Below are positions 10,026 through 18,856 of a stretch of DNA of 64,000 nucleotides, in pieces. The notes beneath the pieces are model-generated. The model did not search any database, was not told the DNA's origin, and saw nothing but the letters and a program-made list of their open reading frames with translations. The DNA is from Bacteroidia bacterium (GTDB lineage: Bacteria; Bacteroidota; Bacteroidia; UKL13-3): NCBI GenBank assembly GCA_965279165.1, contig OZ257140.1:102244-166243 (forward strand), given 5' to 3'. How positions within the stretch are numbered: position 1 is the first letter of the stretch; every line of letters starts with the position of its first letter. The position numbers and the translations under genes are program-made.

Positions 10026-11024
10026 TTATTCTTCAGGTTCTTCCACAATAAAATTCTTCAGTTGTATAACCTTGTTTGCCTTTACCACACCGTGTTTTCT
10101 AATTTCCCCAACTGTTTTGTCGATGGCTAGATTGAACTCATATCCGAGCAGTAAAATATAGGTATTGATATATATAAGCAACATAACAACAATGATTACA
10201 CCAATTGAACCATACACTTTGTTGTAGGAATTAAATTGGTTAACATAGTAAGAAAAGCCAATGGTAGTTAATAAAATAATGATGCAGGCAAAAACGGATC
10301 CGGGCGTAATAAATCGCCATTTACGAATTCTTCTTTGTGCCGGAGCCAGATAGTAAACGGTAGAAACGATTGTTAAAACAATAAAAGCTACAATGAGATA
10401 ATTGAGTGAGCCTAGCATAAACGAAATAAATCCTGCCGGTAAGGCGCTTAATTTTCCAATTTCTTTAATGATAAAATTACCTGCTGTAACCAGTAAAATA
10501 GATAAAAAGAACGAAAAAGACACCACCAAAGCAAGGATTAATGCTACCAATCGTTGTTTCCAATAAGATCTTTTTTCCTTTTGCATGCCAAATCTGTTTA
10601 AAGCTTTCATGAGGGAAACAAATCCATTGGTTGAAAAATAAACAGCCGAAAGAAATCCTATTGAAAGTAATCCACTATGTTGTTTCTTTAAAATATCCAA
10701 TAAGGTTGATTTGATTGCGGCGTATGCACTTTGAGGTAAAATTCCTTCAAAAAAAAGGAGAATATCATTGTGTGCATTTTGAAAAGGGAGGTAAGCAATG
10801 AGGGTAAAAATAAAAATGGCAGAAGGGAATAGCGCAAGGAAGAAAGTATATGCAAGAGATGAAGCGCGTATATGCAAATCCCTTGTATCGACCCAACGCA
10901 CAAAGAATTCGATTACCGAATACCAAGTAACTTCGTTATAAGCAGGAAATGATTTTGATTGCAAAAAACGGATGATCCATTTCACTCCGCTGCTATGCAT
11001 TAATATTCTTTTAAATCGTTTCAT
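10026..11024 (-). CDS. YihY/BrkB (virulence factor BrkB) family inner-membrane protein. Start moved to the internal Met giving an ATGA overlap with the upstream gene.
   Basis: Multi-TM protein with YihY-like sequence (SLAYTFFLALFPSAIF...). The tool's ORF start overlaps the thioesterase gene by 49 nt. Confidence 0.65.
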   Translation of the reverse strand: MKRFKRILMHSSGVKWIIRFLQSKSFPAYNEVTWYSVIEFFVRWVDTRDLHIRASSLAYTFFLALFPSAIFIFTLIAYLPFQNAHNDILLFFEGILPQSAYAAIKSTLLDILKKQHSGLLSIGFLSAVYFSTNGFVSLMKALNRFGMQKEKRSYWKQRLVALILALVVSFSFFLSILLVTAGNFIIKEIGKLSALPAGFISFMLGSLNYLIVAFIVLTIVSTVYYLAPAQRRIRKWRFITPGSVFACIIILLTTIGFSYYVNQFNSYNKVYGSIGVIIVVMLLIYINTYILLLGYEFNLAIDKTVGEIRKHGVVKANKVIQLKNFIVEEPEE

Positions 11025-11431
11025 CCGGTAAAATAAACCGCAAAGGCATCCGCAATATATGAAGGACAACGAACAGGCTTATTGGATTTCATATCCATAA
11101 ACACCAATATGGTTTCACCGGAACATACCAACTCGTTTTGTGCATTTTTGATTTCATAAAAGATTTGCGTTTTCACTGTTGGCATAGCATGAAAGGATGT
11201 AATCACAGTAAGTTCTTCATCGTAAACTGCCGGCTTTTTAAACACAAAGTTCATGCTATGAACCGGCATCATAATGCCACTTTGTTCAATGCTATCATAG
11301 GTAATTCCTATTTGTCGAAGTGCTTCTGTTCGTCCTACTTCAAAATAAAGGGCATAATTTCCGTTATACACTACCCCCATTTTGTCGGTTTCGCCATACC
11401 GCACCCGTAATTTTGTTTCGCTTTTAAACAT
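11021..11431 (-). CDS. Acyl-CoA thioesterase, 4HBT/YbgC-like
   Basis: 136 aa with hot-dog fold motifs (RVRYGETDKMGVVYNGNY). Confidence 0.7.
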   Translation of the reverse strand: MFKSETKLRVRYGETDKMGVVYNGNYALYFEVGRTEALRQIGITYDSIEQSGIMMPVHSMNFVFKKPAVYDEELTVITSFHAMPTVKTQIFYEIKNAQNELVCSGETILVFMDMKSNKPVRCPSYIADAFAVYFTG

Positions 11432-11558
11432 GCAATTTTACCTACCATGCTTGGTTTTATGTATGAAATTCAACTTACTTCATTAAGCAAGTTTCAACAT
11501 CTACATAACAGATAGGTATGCAATAATAAAGAAGAAGGAGTAATTAGAAGAAGAGAAT

Positions 11559-11648
11559 TTACTTGTAGTTGTAAATAATAAAAACCGCCGCACCAACCAC
11601 GAACCAAACTACCATAACGGTTGTAATAATGATTTGTTCTTTTTTCAT
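11559..11648 (-). CDS. Candidate 29-aa single-TM micro-protein (MKKEQIIITTVMVVWFVVGAAVFIIYNYK)
   Basis: Hand-translated small ORF in the 300-bp gap between fcl and the thioesterase. It has a charged N-terminus plus a hydrophobic helix, but no further support. Confidence 0.2.
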   Translation of the reverse strand: MKKEQIIITTVMVVWFVVGAAVFIIYNYK

Positions 11649-11727
11649 AACTAACTTAATTAGGTTGAACAAATCTATCTGTTAAGCATTTCATTTAAAA
11701 CAACTTAACATTAAATAACGATTAAAT

Positions 11728-12696
11728 TTAACTATTCCTTACCTGACCTTTAAGAAAGTCGTTATAGGCAATATTAATACCCTCTTCGAGCTCTACTTGT
11801 GGCTTCCAGCCCATGTTTTCGAGCTTACTAATATCCATTAGTTTTCGCGGAGTGCCGTCGGGTTTGGTGGAATCGAAGGTTATTTTACCTGAGTATCCCA
11901 CACATTTTGAAACCATATGAGCCAGGTCACCAATGGTGATTTCTTTACCGGAACCGATATTTACAAAAAGCAATTCATTGTAATTTTGCATTAACAACAA
12001 TGAAGCAGATGCAAGATCATCTACAAACAAGAATTCTCTTAATGGCTTCCCTGTTCCCCATACAACTACTTCATCTTTATTTTCCATTTTTGCTTCATGA
12101 AATCTTCGAATAAGTGCCGGTAAAACATGGGCATTTTCCGGATGATAATTATCGCCATAACCATACAAATTGGTTGGCATAACAGAGATGAAATTACATC
12201 CATATTGCAAGCGATAACTCTCGCATAGCTTTATGCCTGCAATTTTAGCGATGGCATACGGTTCGTTGGTTGGCTCTAATAATCCGGTTAACAACGATTC
12301 TTCCTTTAATGGTTGTGGAGCCATTTTAGGGTAAATACAAGAAGACCCAAAAAACATCAATTTTTTAACACCGGTGCAATAACTTTGATGGATAATATTG
12401 GATTCGATCATTAAATTTAGGTAAATAAAATCAGCGCGGTATACATTATTGGCGCCAATCCCTCCTACTTTAGCAGCAGCCAGAAAAACATAATCGGGTT
12501 TTTCCTTTTCAAAAAAATCCTTTACTGCTAATTGGTTAGTTAAATCCAGCTCTTTGGATGAACGTGTTACAATATTAGAAAATCCGGCATTTGATAATTT
12601 ACGATGAATGGCTGATCCTACCATCCCATGATGTCCGGCTATATATATTTTTTCGTGGGGTAACATACTAATTGATTTGGTGGATTGCTTATTCAA
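11728..12696 (-). CDS. fcl: GDP-L-fucose synthase
   Basis: 322 aa. N-terminal [18 protein letters not shown](P)-binding motif and SDR/epimerase family features. Overlaps gmd by 8 nt. Confidence 0.85.
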   Translation of the reverse strand: MNKQSTKSISMLPHEKIYIAGHHGMVGSAIHRKLSNAGFSNIVTRSSKELDLTNQLAVKDFFEKEKPDYVFLAAAKVGGIGANNVYRADFIYLNLMIESNIIHQSYCTGVKKLMFFGSSCIYPKMAPQPLKEESLLTGLLEPTNEPYAIAKIAGIKLCESYRLQYGCNFISVMPTNLYGYGDNYHPENAHVLPALIRRFHEAKMENKDEVVVWGTGKPLREFLFVDDLASASLLLMQNYNELLFVNIGSGKEITIGDLAHMVSKCVGYSGKITFDSTKPDGTPRKLMDISKLENMGWKPQVELEEGINIAYNDFLKGQVRNS

Positions 12697-13825
12697 AGTA
12701 ATTATTGGTTTGGTAACCTGAATCCTTGAGAAATTTCTCTTTCTGCATTAATTTCAAATCCGCTAACATCATCTCATTTACTAAACCATTAAGGTTATAT
12801 TTCGGTTTCCATCCTAATTTTTCTTGCGCTTTTGATGCGTCCCCGATGAGCAAATCAACTTCTGTAGGGCGGTAATAGCGTGGATCTACAGCTACTACTT
12901 CTTGTCCAACTTGCAATTTACAAGATTCGATTCCAAGCGATTTAATTTTATTTATATCAATCGATTCTACAAAACCTTTTTCGGAAGCGCCCTGGTTTTT
13001 AAAAGTTAATTGGATACCAATTTCGGCAAACGACATTTTTATAAAATCGCGAACCGATGTTGTTACACCGGTTGCAATTACATAGTCCTCGGGTTTTTCT
13101 TGCTGTAAAATTAAATACATAGCCTCTACATAATCCTTTGCGTGCCCCCAATCGCGTTGCGAATCGAGGTTTCCCAAGAATAATTTATCTTGCATTCCCA
13201 ATACAATTTTTGCTGCGGCTCTGGTAATTTTTCGGGTTACAAATGTTTCCCCTCTTACCGGTGATTCGTGGTTAAAAAGAATCCCATTACATGCAAACAT
13301 ATTATATGCTTCGCGGTAATTAACCGTAATCCAATAGGCATACAGTTTTGCTACAGCATAAGGCGAACGAGGATAAAATGGTGTTTTTTCATTTTGGGGA
13401 ACTGCTTGCACCAGTCCATATAATTCGCTGGTAGAAGCCTGATAAATCCTGGTTTTTTCGGTCAAATTACAAATACGGATTGCTTCCAATAAACGTAAAG
13501 TACCAATTCCATCAGCATTGGCTGTATATTCAGGTGTTTCAAAACTTACATGTACATGGCTCATGGCAGCTAGGTTGTAAATTTCATCCGGTTGCGTTTC
13601 CTGGATAATCCGAATCAGGTTGGTTGAATCGGTTAAATCGCCATAATGTAATTTCAGTTTAAGGTTGGTTTCGTGGGGATCTTGGTATAAATGATCGATG
13701 CGATCGGTATTGATTAAAGAACTTCTTCTTTTTATACCATGTACCATGTATCCTTTATGCAACAGAAATTCGGCGAGGTATGCGCCGTCTTGTCCTGTTA
13801 TTCCTGTTATTAAAGCGGTCTTCAT
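12689..13825 (-). CDS. gmd: GDP-mannose 4,6-dehydratase
   Basis: 378 aa. N-terminal [19 protein letters not shown] motif and the Gmd family catalytic region. Confidence 0.9.
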   Translation of the reverse strand: MKTALITGITGQDGAYLAEFLLHKGYMVHGIKRRSSLINTDRIDHLYQDPHETNLKLKLHYGDLTDSTNLIRIIQETQPDEIYNLAAMSHVHVSFETPEYTANADGIGTLRLLEAIRICNLTEKTRIYQASTSELYGLVQAVPQNEKTPFYPRSPYAVAKLYAYWITVNYREAYNMFACNGILFNHESPVRGETFVTRKITRAAAKIVLGMQDKLFLGNLDSQRDWGHAKDYVEAMYLILQQEKPEDYVIATGVTTSVRDFIKMSFAEIGIQLTFKNQGASEKGFVESIDINKIKSLGIESCKLQVGQEVVAVDPRYYRPTEVDLLIGDASKAQEKLGWKPKYNLNGLVNEMMLADLKLMQKEKFLKDSGYQTNNYFE

Positions 13826-13866
13826 TTGAGTTATAAGTTATAAGATATGAGTTATAAGATATGGAA

Positions 13867-14358
13867 TTAGGAGATTTCTTCGAAGTAACCGGTTTGGCGG
13901 TTTTTCTTCACATTATCCCATTTGAAACACCTGCCGTTCATGGCAATATAAATTCCATGGGGTAAAGTTTGTGCAAAAGCCAGCGCACTTCCCAGGTTAA
14001 ACAATCCATCACTGGAACCAAATTTGTATGGTATCATTGCGCCGGTAATTACAATGGTTTTGCCTTCTGTATTTTCGGCGAGTACTTTTGCCGTATTGGT
14101 CATGGTGTCTGTTCCATGGGTAATGATAATTCTTTCTTCTTCGGCTCTTTTACAGCTTTCGAGTATAATATTTCTATCGGTATCTGTCATTTCAAGACTA
14201 TCCACCAGCATCAGGGTGCGAATACTTAAATCTACCTTACATCGGCCAAGTTTCAGGATTTCCTGGATATGGGTATCTTTAAAAAAAAGCTGGCCATTTA
14301 ACTCATTATATTCTTTATCGAATGTACCTCCGGTAACAAAAATGCGAACAATACTCAT
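13867..14358 (-). CDS. Asparaginase N-terminal-domain-only protein
   Basis: 163 aa with a TGGT catalytic threonine motif (IFVTGGTFDK) and an HGTDTM motif. The C-terminal domain of type I/II asparaginases is missing. Confidence 0.5.
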   Translation of the reverse strand: MSIVRIFVTGGTFDKEYNELNGQLFFKDTHIQEILKLGRCKVDLSIRTLMLVDSLEMTDTDRNIILESCKRAEEERIIITHGTDTMTNTAKVLAENTEGKTIVITGAMIPYKFGSSDGLFNLGSALAFAQTLPHGIYIAMNGRCFKWDNVKKNRQTGYFEEIS

Positions 14359-14404
14359 GGCGCAAATATATTGTATAGGTTTAAAGTTTTATGACGGATT
14401 CGAT

Positions 14405-14776
14405 TTATAATCCCAAAACCAATGCAAGTCCAAGCAATAAAAAGCAACTACCAATGGATGTTAAACCATAAAGTATAAACAAGGTTGACACGTCGGAGTA
14501 TGATTGAAAAAAGGTTAAAAGACAACTACTCAAGCATAAAATTGCACCAAGGGTAAGGCATTTAAATCCAATATTTCGTTGCTTTCGGAATTTAAGTTCC
14601 TTTACATACCTAATTAAACCATCCAACACTTCACCTTGAAATCCGTTGCGGATTAGGTGTTCTTCGATGGATTGCAATTTCATTCCTTGATGAAACAATG
14701 CCTCTATTTCCTTGGTATCTATCTCGTTGTTATTCAATTGTAAAAGCAAAATAATAAATTTTGAAAAAGAATCCAA
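14405..14776 (-). CDS. Hypothetical membrane-anchored protein
   Basis: 123-aa ORF with a C-terminal hydrophobic segment and no recognisable motif. Confidence 0.3.
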   Translation of the reverse strand: MDSFSKFIILLLQLNNNEIDTKEIEALFHQGMKLQSIEEHLIRNGFQGEVLDGLIRYVKELKFRKQRNIGFKCLTLGAILCLSSCLLTFFQSYSDVSTLFILYGLTSIGSCFLLLGLALVLGL

Positions 14777-15284
14777 ATCATTTGATTCGAATAAGAATTT
14801 AATAGGATTAGGCGTTTAATTCTTCTTTACTTAATATAGGTTGGTATTTCATGAAATAAATGGAGCCCGAACAACGGTTTTTCATTCTTGGCTTAATTAT
14901 AGGAACGAGACCATTAGTATTACAAATTCGATTTTAAATTTCATCGATTCTTTTAAAGGAAAGCTCTGCGTTAGGTCCAGAGCGGTTTGTTTGAGCTCTT
15001 TCCAGGTACTCCTGGAAAAGCGAGACCCGCAGCACAAAAACAAGTCGCCTATGGATTATGATTTTTTTTAAATAATGCACGATAAAGGCGACGTAGTTTT
15101 TGGCTTGCGGGGGAACGCCCAAAGAATAGAAAACGAACCAAACTTCTAATCAAAGAATTTAATTACCTGGTTAACACGATCCATTCCGGTCATATTGTGG
15201 CCTAATAAAGGTCATGCAATTATTAGGTTGTAATATGGTTAGAATTATTATTTTCGCTACCTGTAAAAGGACAACAAATTAGTT

Positions 15285-17135
15285 ATGAGTACAGCAATAG
15301 ATAAAGAATTAGAATCAGTAGTAATTCGGTTTGCCGGAGATAGTGGAGACGGAATGCAATTAACCGGATCGCAGTTTACCAATGCCGCAGCATTATTTGG
15401 CAACGACCTTGCCACATTTCCTGATTTTCCTGCCGAAATAAGAGCCCCTATCGGAACATTGGCCGGTGTTTCGGGATACCAAATTCATTTTGGATCGACC
15501 CGTATACATACACCCGGCGACATGAGTGATGTGTTGGTGGTAATGAATGTAGCGGCATTAAAAGCAAATATCAGAAACCTGAAAAAAGGTGGAGTAATCA
15601 TTGCCAATACCGACGGATTTGATGCTAAAAACATGAGGCTTGCAAACGTTCCGGAAGGTCAAAATCCTTTGGAAGACGGCAGCTTGAGTGATTATGATGT
15701 AAAAACCATTGATGTTACTAAAATCACCCGACTTGCTTTGGCAGAAAGTGGTTTAGGAACCAAAGAAATAGACCGTTGCAAAAATATGTTTGTACTTGGT
15801 TTATTGTATTGGATGTACCATCGTCCGATAGAAAACACCCTTGCATTTATCCAATCCAAATTCAAGAAAAATGAAGCGGTGATGAATGCCAATATCAAGG
15901 TATTACAGGCAGGATGGAGTTTTGGAGAGACCACAGAAATGTTTGCAAACCGTTATACCGTTGCACCGGCAAAAATGGAACCCGGTGTTTATCGCGGAAT
16001 AATGGGTAACCAGGCAACAGCATACGGATTGCTTGCAGCTTCAGTTAAAAGTACTTTGCCTTTATTTTATGGTACCTACCCTATTACACCGGCATCCGAT
16101 GTTTTGCACGAATTATCGAAATACAAAAATTATAACATAAAAACATTCCAAGCGGAAGATGAGATAGCAGGAATTTGTTCTGCAATTGGCGCTTCGTTTG
16201 GTGGACATTTGGCAATTACAGGATCGTCAGGTCCGGGAATTGCTTTAAAAGGAGAAGCCATAGGATTAGCAACGATGTTAGAGTTGCCATTGGTAATTGT
16301 AAATGTGCAAAGAGCAGGTCCAAGTACCGGATTACCAACCAAAACAGAGCAAGCAGATTTGTTGCAGGCTTATTATGGTAGAAATGGTGAATGTCCTTTG
16401 GTGATAGTAGCTGCACAATCCCCTGCGGATTGTTTTATTATGGCATATGAAGCATGTAAAATTGCATTAGAGCACATGATTCCGGTATTTATTTTAACGG
16501 ATGGATATATCGCAAATGGTAGTGAGCCATGGAAATTTCCAAATTCAAAGGATTTACCTGCTATCAATATTTCCTTTGCAAAAGAAAGGGCTGCAAGCGA
16601 CGAAAAATTCATGCCTTACCAAAGGGATGAAAAACTTGCTCGTCCTTGGGCTATCCCGGGAACAAAAGGTTTGGAGCACCGTATCGGAGGAATTGAAAAA
16701 CAAAATATCACCGGTAATATTTCCTATGATCCGCAAAACCATGAATTAATGGTAAAACTTCGCCAAGAGAAGGTTGATAGGGTCGCTGATTTTATTCCGG
16801 AACAAACCATTGATAATGGAGCTGAGTCAGGGGATTTATTGATTCTTGGTTGGGGTGGAACCTATGGCGCTTTAAAGACAGCTACCTTAATGCTCAACGA
16901 ACAAGGGTATAAAGTTTCTCATGCACATCTGCGTTATTTAAGTCCATTCCCTAGAAACTTAGGTGAACTAATGGGTAAATTTAAAACGGTAGTTGTACCG
17001 GAATTAAATAATGGACAATTGGTGAAAATAATTCGCGACAAATATTTTGTGGATGCGATTCCATTTAATAAAATCCAGGGACAACCATTTATGTCGGTTG
17101 AAGTAGTAGATAAGATTAAAGAGATTCTTGCATAA
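15285..17135 (+). CDS. korA: 2-oxoglutarate/2-oxoacid:ferredoxin oxidoreductase alpha subunit (fused gamma-alpha type)
   Basis: 616 aa. N-terminal gamma-like domain (VIRFAGDSGDGMQLTGSQF) followed by a PFOR-family alpha domain. No korB ORF follows. Confidence 0.75.
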   Translation: MSTAIDKELESVVIRFAGDSGDGMQLTGSQFTNAAALFGNDLATFPDFPAEIRAPIGTLAGVSGYQIHFGSTRIHTPGDMSDVLVVMNVAALKANIRNLKKGGVIIANTDGFDAKNMRLANVPEGQNPLEDGSLSDYDVKTIDVTKITRLALAESGLGTKEIDRCKNMFVLGLLYWMYHRPIENTLAFIQSKFKKNEAVMNANIKVLQAGWSFGETTEMFANRYTVAPAKMEPGVYRGIMGNQATAYGLLAASVKSTLPLFYGTYPITPASDVLHELSKYKNYNIKTFQAEDEIAGICSAIGASFGGHLAITGSSGPGIALKGEAIGLATMLELPLVIVNVQRAGPSTGLPTKTEQADLLQAYYGRNGECPLVIVAAQSPADCFIMAYEACKIALEHMIPVFILTDGYIANGSEPWKFPNSKDLPAINISFAKERAASDEKFMPYQRDEKLARPWAIPGTKGLEHRIGGIEKQNITGNISYDPQNHELMVKLRQEKVDRVADFIPEQTIDNGAESGDLLILGWGGTYGALKTATLMLNEQGYKVSHAHLRYLSPFPRNLGELMGKFKTVVVPELNNGQLVKIIRDKYFVDAIPFNKIQGQPFMSVEVVDKIKEILA

Positions 17136-17155
17136 ACACATAACCAACTTTAGCC

Positions 17156-17189
17156 AAAACGCCGGACATTATATCCGGCGTTTTTTTTG
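17156..17189. terminator. Bidirectional rho-independent terminator between korA and the convergent Fic gene
   Basis: GCCGGAcattatatCCGGC hairpin flanked by an A-run upstream and T8 downstream. Confidence 0.65.
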
Positions 17190-17202
17190 TAACTGAACCC
17201 AT

Positions 17203-18318
17203 TTAAACCTTCTTTAATTCGTATTGCGTACTTCTTCCGCCTGCTTTATTCTTCACAAGAATTCCTTTTTCTATTAAATCATGGATATCCCGAAGTGCAG
17301 TATCGGCGGAGCATTTCGACATTTTTGCCCACTTTGAGGAATTGAGGTTACCGAATATACCATCCAACAATTTATTAACCATTTTTAACTGACGGCTATT
17401 AAATAAGGAAGTAGCATGTTTATTCCAAAACCGGTGTTTGTTAAGCACTTTGGTTAGTAAAGTATCGGAAGCTTTAAGGGCATGCAACAAACAATGCAGA
17501 AACCACACGATCCATTCGGTAACATCAAGTGTTCCTTTTTGTGTTTTTTCGAGTATATCATAATAACCTTTTCGTTCTACCCGTATTTGAGCCGACATGC
17601 TATAGAAACGATGCGACATCCCATCGGAACGTGCAAGTAGTAAATCAGTTATTGCACGTGCTATTCTTCCGTTCCCATCTTCAAATGGATGCAAGGTTAC
17701 AAACCATAAATGAGCAAGTGCAGCTTTTAGTACCAAATCAGTTTGGTGATTTGTATTAAGCCATTTAAGGTAGTAGTTTAATTCTTTCTTCAAAACCAAT
17801 GCATCAGGGGCTTGAAAGTGCACACGTTCTTTGCCTAGAGGACCTGAAACAACTTGCATTGGACCGGTAGAATCATCGCGAAGTTTACTAACCAATATTT
17901 TGTACATTCCACTTGCTCCTGTAGGAAATAAAGCAGCATGCCATAAGGCTAATCGTTTAAACGATATGGTTTTATTGTAATGTTGTGTGGCATCCAACAT
18001 CATTTCAACCACGCTATCCACATGCCGATCAGAAGGAACTAATCCGGCTATATTTAAACCTAATTTGCGGGCAAGGGATGAACGAACTTGATCCGGACGA
18101 AGTATTTCTCCTTCTATTTCTGAAGTTTTTAAAACATCGAGTGTTAAGGTTTCGAGAGAAGCTTCATTGCGTAATGCAAAGCCTAATGCTTCCATTTTAC
18201 CGGTTACTTTTCCTTGCATATGGCGCACTTCCGACAACAAGCCAAGAATGGTTTCATGGTTCCAAGTAAAATTAGGCCATTGCTTTCGTTGGTATATATA
18301 GAAATTTATTCTCCGCAT
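17203..18318 (-). CDS. Fic-family protein (adenylyltransferase fold) with an N-terminal DUF4172-like region and a C-terminal winged-helix-like tail
   Basis: Canonical Fic motif HPFEDGNGRIARA. N-terminal TSEIEG matches the [ST]xxxE[GN] inhibitory motif. 371 aa. Confidence 0.85.
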   Translation of the reverse strand: MRRINFYIYQRKQWPNFTWNHETILGLLSEVRHMQGKVTGKMEALGFALRNEASLETLTLDVLKTSEIEGEILRPDQVRSSLARKLGLNIAGLVPSDRHVDSVVEMMLDATQHYNKTISFKRLALWHAALFPTGASGMYKILVSKLRDDSTGPMQVVSGPLGKERVHFQAPDALVLKKELNYYLKWLNTNHQTDLVLKAALAHLWFVTLHPFEDGNGRIARAITDLLLARSDGMSHRFYSMSAQIRVERKGYYDILEKTQKGTLDVTEWIVWFLHCLLHALKASDTLLTKVLNKHRFWNKHATSLFNSRQLKMVNKLLDGIFGNLNSSKWAKMSKCSADTALRDIHDLIEKGILVKNKAGGRSTQYELKKV

Positions 18319-18382
18319 AATATGCGGTAAATATATGTTTTATTCTCCGCAAATAAAAAGTTATTCTCCGCAATATTTGCGG
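18307..18382. promoter_or_regulatory. Candidate operator array. Three direct TTATTCTCCGCA repeats, two of them embedded in perfect palindromes, overlap the Fic start codon and upstream region.
   Basis: Repeats at 18307, 18340 and 18361. Palindromes CCGCATAATATGCGG (18314-18328, containing the Fic ATG on the minus strand) and CCGCAATATTTGCGG (18368-18382). Confidence 0.45.
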
Positions 18383-18430
18383 ATATTATTTTATCTATTA
18401 GTCTTATTATTTCCTATCTTACCTTTTTTC

Positions 18431-18852
18431 AAGATATTGAATCCCCGGCAGGATTCGGATTTATCGGTGTTGATTATTACCGATGTTTAATCCCTGACAG
18501 GATTGGATATAGTTGCAACATTCAAAATTAGAAATATTAACTATCAATGGCTTTATAGTTTTTATTTACAAGTTTTTGTTTCTTATTCTTTAAGAGAATT
18601 ATGTGTTTTGTTAAATCGGTTTCCCTTATTGCGTTGTGGAATTAAAGAGGAATTGATTGCCCCTATGTACCTTTCTTTCTCTGTATCCCGTCAGGGATTA
18701 AATATCGGCAAAACGTAAATTATCCACTCTCTGAATCCCGTTAGGGATTCAACATCTTGCTTAATTTTTGCCATTTCAGTTGATGTAAAGCAACAAGTTC
18801 TACCATTAATGGTTCGCAGTCGAGAGATTGAATCCCCGGCGGGTTTGAATAT
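18431..18852. repeat. Second locus of the AATCCC-N4/5-GGGATT palindromic-core repeat family. Five copies in mixed orientation with a ~170-bp unique segment between them.
   Basis: Copies at about 18436 and 18487 (forward), 18684 and 18731 (reverse) and 18826 (forward). They share the ...CCGATATT flank with the 9001-9272 array. Confidence 0.6.
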
Positions 18853-18856
18853 GCCT

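Noticed and set aside
17156-17189. The korA/Fic hairpin as an attachment or recombination site
   Set aside because: It has the exact form of a bidirectional intrinsic terminator (GC stem with A-run and T-run on either side) and no repeat elsewhere in the window.
18503-18718. 71-aa ORF inside the repeat island upstream of Fic as a candidate antitoxin or partner
   Set aside because: The frame runs through repeat copies and has no plausible start context or conserved features. It is most likely a chance ORF in AT-rich repeat DNA.
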